In this document: piece by piece, positions 55,643 to 64,000 of the stretch
Position numbering within the stretch: position 1 is the stretch's first letter
How the letters are laid out: each line of letters opens with the position of its first letter
Origin: a virus
Strand: one strand, 5' to 3'
Virus record (IMG/VR): IMGVR_UViG_3300017917_001616
Span: 1-64,000 of that record
Length of the DNA: 64,000 nt
Program-made: the position numbers and the translations under genes
Notes under the pieces: generated by a model
The model's input: the letters and a program-made list of their open reading frames with translations, nothing else
Databases searched by the model: none
Told to the model about the DNA's origin: nothing

Positions 55643-56317
55643 ATGTTAACAATAACCACACCATATCCATATCAAGAATTAAAGCGTAAATCGTTAAACG
55701 GAAAGCGCCTATATGAGAACCCATGGGGCGAACCTGTTCCTAGTGTCACTACTATTCTCGACAAAACAAAGCCAAAAGAAAAACGTGAAGCTTTAAACAA
55801 TTGGAAACAACGAGTTGGTGAAGAAGAAGCCCAACGTGTGGTTACTGAGGCAGCAAATACAGGAACGTATATGCATGCCATATTAGAGCATTGGGTCAAA
55901 AACGAAACATATACAGGTGAAGCAACTGTTCAGTCTAAACTCATGGCTGATACAGTAATTAAAAATATTCAGCCGCATATTTCAGAAGTTTGGGGAAGCG
56001 AAGTTAATCTTTGTTATCCTGGACTATACGCAGGGACTACTGACCTTGTTGGAGTGTGGAAAGGCAAGCCTGCTATAATGGATTTTAAACAAACCAATAA
56101 GCCAAAAAAACGAGAATGGATTGAAGATTATTTTATGCAAGCTGCCGCATATGGAATGGCACATAACGAGCTATACAAAACAAATATTGAACATGCTGCA
56201 ATTTTTATGTGCAGTAGAGATTGCGAATGGCAACTGTTCGAAGTAGAGCCCGACGAGTTTAAATTTTGGGAAGAAAAATGGGCTACTCGAGTTGCTGAGT
56301 TTTATAAACTCAACTAA
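55643..56317 (+). CDS. PD-(D/E)XK exonuclease (RecB/Cas4-like fold)
   Basis: PSVTTIL, GT.MH, E, AGTTD, IMDFK, Q.AAY. Confidence 0.88.
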   Translation: MLTITTPYPYQELKRKSLNGKRLYENPWGEPVPSVTTILDKTKPKEKREALNNWKQRVGEEEAQRVVTEAANTGTYMHAILEHWVKNETYTGEATVQSKLMADTVIKNIQPHISEVWGSEVNLCYPGLYAGTTDLVGVWKGKPAIMDFKQTNKPKKREWIEDYFMQAAAYGMAHNELYKTNIEHAAIFMCSRDCEWQLFEVEPDEFKFWEEKWATRVAEFYKLN

Positions 56318-56340
56318 ATATGTTATCGAGGGAATAAAAA

Positions 56341-57000
56341 ATGGCAACTACACGTATTAGTAAAATGAAAGTAAAGCAAGGTAATTTTGCAGATTTGCCT
56401 TTGTTAGATGCGGGCGAGTTTGGATATGCAAAAGACCAACGTAGATTATTCATAGGCAACGATACGATTGCAGTAGGCACAGGTAACGGGTCTACCACTG
56501 CATTTGTTCTTCCTGTGGATTTTAGTAATCACAACGTTATCGGTGTTTACTTAAACGGAACAATTACAACTGCATACACTATATCTGGAACTACAATAAC
56601 ATTTAACACTGCACCAGGATCAGGTGTTGCCATTACTGCAAAGTTCAATGGTGAACTTGACTTCTTAAACGATATTGTAACACCTAGCAGTATTCAGTTA
56701 GCTGCAAATGGATCTGCAGCAAACACAGGCTTTAGTTTTAATACAACTGTTGCGGATGTGTGTATTATTGATTACACACTAAAATCAGCAAATGGACTTA
56801 GAGTAGGTCAATTGCGTATCGCAGTAAACACAACGGGGCCTACTGCAGCTATTGATGACAACTATACTGAAGTAGGCACAGTTGATATATCATTCGGAAC
56901 TAACGTTGCAACTGCAAATACACTAAGATTGACATATACAGATAATGCCAACGCCGTAGCAAAATTCAAATATACATATCAACTTTGGAACAGCAATTAA
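56341..57000 (+). CDS. Virion/tail-fibre-associated protein
   Basis: LP.L.AGEFGYA.D.RRLFIG N-terminal module. Confidence 0.65.
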   Translation: MATTRISKMKVKQGNFADLPLLDAGEFGYAKDQRRLFIGNDTIAVGTGNGSTTAFVLPVDFSNHNVIGVYLNGTITTAYTISGTTITFNTAPGSGVAITAKFNGELDFLNDIVTPSSIQLAANGSAANTGFSFNTTVADVCIIDYTLKSANGLRVGQLRIAVNTTGPTAAIDDNYTEVGTVDISFGTNVATANTLRLTYTDNANAVAKFKYTYQLWNSN

Positions 57001-57440
57001 GACATAGAGCATGGTTTGAATCTCCTAGCGTAAGATTAAATCGCTGGAGAGAATTCAGACGTGGATTAGATACAACAAACACACTTGATGTGTGTAAGAC
57101 TGTAGTGACTTGGTGGGAGACTGCACCGTTGGTTAGTATAACTATCGATCCTGTCGACTGCCGTCAGTGGCCAACTCCTTGGGAAATGTTACACCAAGGA
57201 GATTTTTGTGAAAATAGTTTAGCGTTAGGAATGGCATACACAATATATTATGCTAATCAAGAAATACCAAACGAACTAGTTTATGTAACATGCAATGGCA
57301 GAAGTTTCCAAAAACTTTGTGCCTTAATAGATAATAAACACTTGCTTAATTATGAGCGAGGAACGATAAGTAGTTTTCACGACAGCGAATGTTCGATATC
57401 TTATCGTATTTCCGTTAACGATATTATAAAAAATTTATAA
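56985..57440 (+). CDS. Conserved hypothetical protein
   Basis: WPTPWE...FC...LGM.YT (transglutaminase-like pattern). Confidence 0.6.
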   Translation: MEQQLRHRAWFESPSVRLNRWREFRRGLDTTNTLDVCKTVVTWWETAPLVSITIDPVDCRQWPTPWEMLHQGDFCENSLALGMAYTIYYANQEIPNELVYVTCNGRSFQKLCALIDNKHLLNYERGTISSFHDSECSISYRISVNDIIKNL

Positions 57441-57504
57441 TTTAAACCTTGCGTTATACTAACGCATAGGAAGCCTATTTTATTCTAAAAGGGAAAAGTA
57501 TGTT

Positions 57505-59817
57505 ATGAGCAATATACAAGTAATTAAACGAAATGGTTCGAAAGAAATTTTAAACTTAGACAAGCTACACAAAGTAGTATTCCACGCCTGCGAAGGCATA
57601 TCCGGCGTTAGCCCCAGCGAAGTTGAATTAAAAAGTGCTATTCAATTTTACAATGGCATCACAACTGACGAAATTCAAGAAACTTTAATAAAAGCTGCGG
57701 CAGATTTAATTAGTGAAGAAACACCAAACTATCAATCTGTTGCAGGCAGACTAATTGTATACCACCTACGTAAAATGGTATACGGATCATACGAACCATG
57801 CCACATACTTGAGCTTATTAAGAGAAACATTGCAGAAGGATTTTACGATCCAGAATTGCTCACTGCATACACTGAAAATGAATGGAACGAATTAAATAGC
57901 TACGTAAGACACGACAGAGACGAATCACTAACCTATGTTAGCATGGAACAGTGGCGTGGAAAGTATCTTGTTCAAAACAGAGTGACAAACGAGATAAAAG
58001 AAACGCCCCAAATGGCATACATGCTGATAGCAGCAACGCTATTCAGTAATTATCCAACTGAAACCCGTCTCCGCTGGGTGAAGGATTATTACGATGCTAT
58101 TAGTATGCACGATATTAGTTTGCCTACTCCTATTATGGCGGGAGTCAGAACTCCGCAAAGGCAATTTTCTAGTTGCGTTCTCATTGAAACTGGCGATTCT
58201 CTCGATAGTATTAACGCTACTACTAGCAGTATCGTTAAGTATGTATCTCAAAAAGCAGGGATTGGTATCGGAGCAGGATCAATTAGAGCTATTGGCTCCC
58301 CAATTCGTAAAGGAGATGCTTACCACACAGGAGTAATTCCTTTTTATAAAATGTTCCAGGCAGCAACTCGTTCTTGCAGCCAAGGCGGCGTCCGCAATGG
58401 TGCAGCTACATTATATTACCCTATATGGCATTTAGAAGTCGAAGATTTACTTGTTTTGAAAAACAATAAAGGCATCGAGGATAACCGTGTTCGTCATATG
58501 GACTACGGGGTTCAGTTTAACAAGCTAATGTATGAGCGTCTAATCACTGGCGGTAATATTACACTGTTTTCGCCGAGCGATGTTCCCGGACTTTACGATG
58601 CGTTCTTTGCTGACCAAGATAAGTTTAAAGAACTATACGAAACTGCTGAACGCAATACAAGACTACGTAAGAAGGTAGTTAGTGCATTAGAACTTTTCAG
58701 TTCATTTATGAGCGAACGTAAAGATACTGGTCGCATTTACTTAATGAATGTTGACCATGCAAACACACACGGTTCGTTTAAACCTGATCTTGCACCAATT
58801 AAGCAAAGCAACCTTTGCACTGAAATCGACTTACCGACCAAGCCGTTGAATGATTTCAACGATGAAGAAGGTGAAATTGCACTTTGCACTCTGTCGGCAA
58901 TTAATTGGGGTAATATCAAAAAACCTTCCGACTTTGCAAAAATATGCGAACTTGCTGTCCGTGGACTAGACGCATTGTTAAGTTACCAGAGCTATCCTGT
59001 TAAAGCAGCATACCGTGCAACAATGGGTAGACGTCCATTGGGTATTGGTATCATTAACCTTGCATACTGGATGGCTAAAAATGACATGACTTATAGCAAT
59101 CCAAATCTAGCAATGATTGACGAGTATGCAGAGGCTTGGAGTTATTACCTAATTAAAGCTAGTGCCGATTTGGCGGCAGAGCAAGGTGCATGTATATGGA
59201 ACGATCAGACAAAGTATAGTGATGGTATATTGCCAATTGATACTTATAAGCGTGATGTCGACGAACTCGTTGCACATCAAGAACGCATGGATTGGGACGG
59301 TTTAAGAAAACAATTGCGTAACACTGGTATTCGCAATTCAACTCTTATGGCGCTAATGCCAGCAGAAACATCTGCACAGATTTCAAACTCAACAAACGGC
59401 ATCGAACCTCCACGCTCCTTAGTGTCAGTGAAGCAGTCAAAGCACGGCGTATTGAAACAAGTTGTGCCTGGTATTCATAAACTAAAAAACAAATACGAAT
59501 TACTATGGGAGCAAAAGAGTCCAGAAGGCTATCTAAAGATTATGGCAATACTACAAAAATATATTGACCAAGGTATCTCTGTAAACACTTCTTATAATCC
59601 ACAGTTTTTCGAAGACGAAAAAATTCCGATGTCTACAATGATCCAGCACATGTTAATGTTCTATAAGTATGGCGGCAAACAATTGTATTACTTCAATACA
59701 TATGACGGCGCAGGCGAAATTGACATTGACAAATTTGCACAATCAAATATAGTGGTCGAAACAGAAAATGTAAATGGTTTCGCAGATGAAGCCGCTTGCG
59801 ATAGTTGCACAATTTAA
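57505..59817 (+). CDS. nrdA: Ribonucleotide reductase class Ia alpha subunit
   Basis: ATP cone, SSCVL, SNLCTEI, LYY, C-terminal CDSC. Confidence 0.97.
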   Translation: MSNIQVIKRNGSKEILNLDKLHKVVFHACEGISGVSPSEVELKSAIQFYNGITTDEIQETLIKAAADLISEETPNYQSVAGRLIVYHLRKMVYGSYEPCHILELIKRNIAEGFYDPELLTAYTENEWNELNSYVRHDRDESLTYVSMEQWRGKYLVQNRVTNEIKETPQMAYMLIAATLFSNYPTETRLRWVKDYYDAISMHDISLPTPIMAGVRTPQRQFSSCVLIETGDSLDSINATTSSIVKYVSQKAGIGIGAGSIRAIGSPIRKGDAYHTGVIPFYKMFQAATRSCSQGGVRNGAATLYYPIWHLEVEDLLVLKNNKGIEDNRVRHMDYGVQFNKLMYERLITGGNITLFSPSDVPGLYDAFFADQDKFKELYETAERNTRLRKKVVSALELFSSFMSERKDTGRIYLMNVDHANTHGSFKPDLAPIKQSNLCTEIDLPTKPLNDFNDEEGEIALCTLSAINWGNIKKPSDFAKICELAVRGLDALLSYQSYPVKAAYRATMGRRPLGIGIINLAYWMAKNDMTYSNPNLAMIDEYAEAWSYYLIKASADLAAEQGACIWNDQTKYSDGILPIDTYKRDVDELVAHQERMDWDGLRKQLRNTGIRNSTLMALMPAETSAQISNSTNGIEPPRSLVSVKQSKHGVLKQVVPGIHKLKNKYELLWEQKSPEGYLKIMAILQKYIDQGISVNTSYNPQFFEDEKIPMSTMIQHMLMFYKYGGKQLYYFNTYDGAGEIDIDKFAQSNIVVETENVNGFADEAACDSCTI

Positions 59818-59826
59818 GGAAACATT

Positions 59827-60957
59827 ATGACATCAGTATTTGATATTAACAACAAAAGTGATCACACAACAGTAAAGGCCTTCCTCGATCCAAGCGGAGG
59901 GCCAACTATTCAACGTTACGATACAATGAAGTATCCTAGCTTTGACAAGTTTACAGATAAGCAGTTGGGGTTCTTTTGGCGTCCCGAAGAAGTAGATGTT
60001 ATGAAGGATGCAAAAGACTTCAAAGCACTTACAGAACACGAACAACATATTTTTACATCAAACCTAAAGCGTCAAATTCTACTTGATTCTGTGCAAGGTC
60101 GAGCACCAGTCGAAGCCTTCGGCAGTATTGTTAGTCTGCCTGAACTTGAAAACTGGATTATGACTTGGACTTTCAGCGAAACAATTCATAGTCGCAGTTA
60201 TACTCATATTATTCGAAACATTTATAGTAATCCTAGTAAAATTTTCGATGGGATGATGGACATCGAAGAAATCGTTGATTGTGCAGAAGACATTTCTAAA
60301 AATTATGATGAACTAATTGAGCTTGCAGGTTACTACAACCTATTAGGCGAAGGAACACACACTGTAAATGGCAACACAGTTGTTGTGGATCTATATGAAC
60401 TAAAAAAGAAGCTATGGCTTGCACTTATGAGTGTAAACATTCTTGAAGGCGTTCGTTTCTATGTTAGCTTTGCATGTAGCTGGGCATTTGCTGAATTGAA
60501 AAAGATGGAAGGCAATGCTAAGATCATCAAGCTAATTGCTCGTGATGAAAACTTGCATCTTGGTAGCACACAGTTGCTACTAAAAACACTACGCAAGGAC
60601 GATTCTGATTTCGAGAAAATTGCAGTTGAAACAGAAGAAGCGTGTATCAAAATGTTTGTTGACGCAGTTGAGCAAGAAAAAGCATGGGCAGAATACTTGT
60701 TTAAAGACGGTAGCATGTTAGGCCTTAACAAGCAATTACTATGCGAATATATTGAACATATTGCAGCAAAGCGTATGTCGCATGTATCTTTGCCTAAAGT
60801 ATACAGCCAAGCAACCAACCCACTACCATGGACACAAAAATGGATTGCTGGGGCAGAAGTCCAAGTTGCACCACAAGAAACCGAGATTAGTTCGTATACT
60901 ATCGGTGCAGTTAAACAAGATGTTAGTGGCGACACATTTAAAGGATTTAGTCTATAA
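59827..60957 (+). CDS. nrdB: Ribonucleotide reductase class Ia beta subunit
   Basis: FFWRPEE, ETIHSRSY, EGVRFY, RDENLH. Confidence 0.97.
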   Translation: MTSVFDINNKSDHTTVKAFLDPSGGPTIQRYDTMKYPSFDKFTDKQLGFFWRPEEVDVMKDAKDFKALTEHEQHIFTSNLKRQILLDSVQGRAPVEAFGSIVSLPELENWIMTWTFSETIHSRSYTHIIRNIYSNPSKIFDGMMDIEEIVDCAEDISKNYDELIELAGYYNLLGEGTHTVNGNTVVVDLYELKKKLWLALMSVNILEGVRFYVSFACSWAFAELKKMEGNAKIIKLIARDENLHLGSTQLLLKTLRKDDSDFEKIAVETEEACIKMFVDAVEQEKAWAEYLFKDGSMLGLNKQLLCEYIEHIAAKRMSHVSLPKVYSQATNPLPWTQKWIAGAEVQVAPQETEISSYTIGAVKQDVSGDTFKGFSL

Positions 60958-61090
60958 TGGAAATATTGCTAGGAATGCTTATTGCATGGTTAGTGCCAAG
61001 ACCGGCATTTATCGGCAAGATCGAAAGAGCTATTTGGGAACCAGTTAAACAAAAGTTACCAGATAGCTTTAGAAAGTTATGGGGATAAAA

Positions 61091-61354
61091 ATGATTACAG
61101 TTTATAGTAAAGCAGGATGCGGGTATTGTGACCTTGCAAAAAACTATCTTACTAAAAATAATATTCAATTCGAAGAAATTAGAGTTGACCTGGACGCTGC
61201 TCAACGAGAGTGGATTATGGCGCAAGGACACAAGACTGTTCCACAAATTTATTATAAAGGAAAGGTTTTAGTTGAAGGCGGCGGCATGCCATTGAGCAAG
61301 ATGAATCCAGCAGAGGTAAAACAATTAATGGAAAATATTGATGCTCAATCTTAA
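61091..61354 (+). CDS. Glutaredoxin
   Basis: CGYC, TVPQI. Confidence 0.9.
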   Translation: MITVYSKAGCGYCDLAKNYLTKNNIQFEEIRVDLDAAQREWIMAQGHKTVPQIYYKGKVLVEGGGMPLSKMNPAEVKQLMENIDAQS

Positions 61355-61664
61355 ACCAACTTATGTTGTAAATGACGTAGTCACACTTAAATTAGTTACC
61401 GGTGAAGAAATTATCGGTAAACTAATCGAAAATAAAGCCGATGCGTTGACACTCACTCGGCCATTGGTCTTTACAGTTAATCCACAAAATGGTCAAGCAA
61501 TGCTTATTCCGTGGTTAATGAGTATCGATCCTAAGGATACTACGCCTATCGACATTTACAAAAACAATGTTGTTATGGTTACAAAAACAGTTAAACAAAT
61601 ATCTGACAATTATACACAAGCTACATCTGGTATTGTAGCAGCACCTGCAGGTCTTGTTCTGTAA
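61338..61664 (+). CDS. Hypothetical Sm-like fold protein
   Basis: VTLKLVTGEEIIGK motif. Confidence 0.55.
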   Translation: MMLNLKPTYVVNDVVTLKLVTGEEIIGKLIENKADALTLTRPLVFTVNPQNGQAMLIPWLMSIDPKDTTPIDIYKNNVVMVTKTVKQISDNYTQATSGIVAAPAGLVL

Positions 61665-61675
61665 TAAATATATGC

Positions 61676-61963
61676 ATGGGATACGTGCATAGAGACAGGG
61701 ATTCGAGAAGTTGCGGCGCACAAACTATCGCAACAGGTGTTAACGTTAGAGTAAACGGTAAAACTGTTGCAGTAGATGGTGATAAAAATACACACGGCGG
61801 CGGTGCGCTAATTACATCTAATCCAAAAATTCGAATCGGTGGGAAGCCAATTATTGTTTTAAACGATAATGCTTCCCCTGACCGATTATGCCCGATAGTC
61901 GGCCCGCCTCATTGCAATCCTAAGGCAACAGGTGCAAGTGGCAATGTAAGAGCAGGTGGATAA
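61676..61963 (+). CDS. PAAR-like spike tip protein
   Basis: R..D...CG, NVRVNG, H, GS.NV.AG. Confidence 0.8.
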   Translation: MGYVHRDRDSRSCGAQTIATGVNVRVNGKTVAVDGDKNTHGGGALITSNPKIRIGGKPIIVLNDNASPDRLCPIVGPPHCNPKATGASGNVRAGG

Positions 61964-61965
61964 CA

Positions 61966-63531
61966 ATGACTACATTTACAGATTTCCAAGCAGGTTTGCA
62001 AAATGCAAACGATTATTTAGATGCAACACAATTTGGCGGGGGTATTGGTATAGATGCCGGCCCTGTGAAAATTATTGCATCGGCTGAGTATAGTTTTACA
62101 CTCAGAGAACTTATTTGTGGATTGCTAAGTGGTAGCGGGTTTAAGTTGCCTAACTTGCAAATTTGTATGTATGCTAACATACAAGAATTACTAGGTTTGC
62201 CAAACTTACAAGCTGCATTGTATTCTGCGTTAGACAAACTTGCAGGTGCATTGCAGTCATTTATGGATCACACTAAAATAGATGATATTTTAGGCAGACT
62301 AAATGCCATTATTGCAGAGGCTCAAAACGTTGCAGCAATGATTAACTTTTGTGCTTCTCCTGTAAATCCTATTGCTATTCCAAATATTATCGGAAATGCG
62401 TTTGGTAGTTTTCTCGGTGCAGGCAAAGCTATAATTGATCAGATCGGCAGTATTGTTCCAGGTCAAGTATGCGGTTGCTTAAGCACAGGCGGATTTAATA
62501 CCGGCGTGTTCAATGGCGGTATTTTAGGAACAATTGCAGACAACTTTGAAGCTGTTAGCCTTGGAACTTTAAGTCAAAGTGTTATTGACAGCATCACAAA
62601 TGACGTAAATGTTGTTGCAGATGCTATATCTAACATAATTAGTTTTGAGAACAATATACTAGGTTCTTATAACACAGGCGGCAGCAACTTTACTTCTGGA
62701 GCATGTAATACTGAAGTAGGTGTAATGTATAACTCTGGCGGATCGATAACATCAACTGCTAGTGTTGTTTCATCCCTGAAAAGTGTTTACGATAATCTAG
62801 CATCGTATCCTGTTACTTACAAGTATAATTACAACCCAGTGACCGGCGGTCCGTTATTTACAAATACACAAACTGTTATCGGTGAGCCAATAACATACCC
62901 TAACATATTTCACTTATTAGTAGAACCTGAGATTTTAGATATCTTAGACAGAGACGACGAACCTAATCCTAATATATCTCAGCAGGTGCCTATATATGAT
63001 TATTGTGGAACTATAACCGGTTACCGAACTGTTTACTCACAAAAGCAAACTGAAAGAAGCACAGGCGCAGAACCTGTTGAATCTACCAATCCGGGCTTCA
63101 ACGGCGGCGACATAGTAACTACAACACCGCTTACTTCTACTAGTGCAGTTATACAAACAGATACAGTTTCGGGCAGCGATCCTTATACAAAATATTCTAT
63201 TAAAACCGTCGGTGCTTCACAGTCTGTGGTAAAATTTGACAATGTAGAGATGACACCTGCTTTAAATAAAATATGGTCTTATACCGTAGAAGCTGTTGGA
63301 TCAAATAATGCAAGAACTGAATTGCAAAAAATAAAAATAGAAGGCGTTGTTCAAAATAATAACGGCGGATATGTCTTACCAGTGACTCCTACTAAAACAT
63401 ATACCTTTTCTAATGCAAACGGGTGGGATATAGACACAGTAATAGATAACGGTCAGTTCAAAATTTATGCGAACGGGTCTGCTACCGCAGATGTTACATG
63501 GTCATTAAAGTTTTCGTATATCGAACTTTAA
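61966..63531 (+). CDS. Probable virion/baseplate protein
   Basis: 521 aa ORF directly after the PAAR gene. Confidence 0.55.
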   Translation: MTTFTDFQAGLQNANDYLDATQFGGGIGIDAGPVKIIASAEYSFTLRELICGLLSGSGFKLPNLQICMYANIQELLGLPNLQAALYSALDKLAGALQSFMDHTKIDDILGRLNAIIAEAQNVAAMINFCASPVNPIAIPNIIGNAFGSFLGAGKAIIDQIGSIVPGQVCGCLSTGGFNTGVFNGGILGTIADNFEAVSLGTLSQSVIDSITNDVNVVADAISNIISFENNILGSYNTGGSNFTSGACNTEVGVMYNSGGSITSTASVVSSLKSVYDNLASYPVTYKYNYNPVTGGPLFTNTQTVIGEPITYPNIFHLLVEPEILDILDRDDEPNPNISQQVPIYDYCGTITGYRTVYSQKQTERSTGAEPVESTNPGFNGGDIVTTTPLTSTSAVIQTDTVSGSDPYTKYSIKTVGASQSVVKFDNVEMTPALNKIWSYTVEAVGSNNARTELQKIKIEGVVQNNNGGYVLPVTPTKTYTFSNANGWDIDTVIDNGQFKIYANGSATADVTWSLKFSYIEL

Positions 63532-63661
63532 ATAAATACTATAACCAAACATTATTGGTTGACAAGTAAGTCATCTTGCCATAGTATCTTAATACAAGAT
63601 AATCATGGAGAGATGTCATGGCACATCAGAATTTAACATATTGGCAACGAAAGGCATAACT

Positions 63662-63952
63662 ATGAGGTCAAAAGATACTGGCACTGGGCGAAAGATTTTA
63701 GCTAAAGTAGAAGTCCCACTTAGCGTAAAAGATATTACTGTATATGCATTGCGATATCTAGATGATATCGGCGACAATGATATGCAAGACACACTACTCC
63801 AAAGCAATAAACGAGAAATTTTTGGATTTGCGAAAAACGCAATTTTTCGTTGGGGAACAGAAGAACCCCATGTTTACGTGAAAAATAAACTCAATGGGCA
63901 TTTTTCTGGCATGGAGCAAATTGTAAAACATAAGTTTCCTGAATGTGACTGA
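63662..63952 (+). CDS. Hypothetical protein
   Basis: ORF downstream of a TTGACA promoter at 63559. Confidence 0.6.
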   Translation: MRSKDTGTGRKILAKVEVPLSVKDITVYALRYLDDIGDNDMQDTLLQSNKREIFGFAKNAIFRWGTEEPHVYVKNKLNGHFSGMEQIVKHKFPECD

Positions 63953-64000
63953 ACTAATTGTTTTTTGCTTTCAAAGAACTGGATCGAGTGTATTTGGCAA

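Noticed and set aside
55643-56317. Cas4 as part of a CRISPR system
   Set aside because: It lacks the Fe-S cysteine cluster and any cas context; this is an ordinary phage PD-(D/E)XK exonuclease.
57505-60957. Introns or inteins in nrdA/nrdB (terL and the helicase were also checked)
   Set aside because: The ORFs are continuous and of normal length, with no intein motifs.
1-64000. Genome-wide TAG reassignment (genetic code 15)
   Set aside because: Core genes are intact under code 11 and several genes end at TAG (21318, 23885, 33931, 52109); only one candidate in-frame TAG was seen.

Overview
This is a 64 kb segment of a large AT-rich myophage of the T4-related/jumbo type, with almost all genes on the + strand. 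The host is probably an alphaproteobacterium, inferred from a tRNA-His with A73 and no G-1. Left arm: tail sheath and tube, head completion nuclease, large terminase, gp32 SSB, UvsX, UvsY, RpiB and small early genes. Centre (14.7-34.2 kb): a very large RNA island with about 42 tRNA genes in three blocks, TilS, an HNH endonuclease, methyltransferases, a GOLLD-like ~860-nt RNA with a nested tRNA-like element, and many stem-enclosed or CCA-ended ncRNAs. RNA-repair-type enzymes and Pth2 follow it. Right arm: AAA ATPase, UvsW, clamp-loader subunit, mini-DnaE, primase, helicase, virion proteins, exonuclease, NrdAB/glutaredoxin and PAAR. Main discovery: two unannotated 29-codon leader ORFs (17853-17942 and 27396-27485). 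Each is coupled to a terminator/antiterminator switch, and its codons match the tRNA set of the block directly downstream. This suggests ribosome-stalling attenuators that sense tRNA depletion and switch on matching back-up phage tRNA operons. Also notable: rrn-like boxA/UP promoters, tRNAs with a swapped structural class, and a possible amber-suppressor tRNA next to a gene with UAG at codon 3. All calls come from reading the sequence by eye; no searches or folding programs were run.
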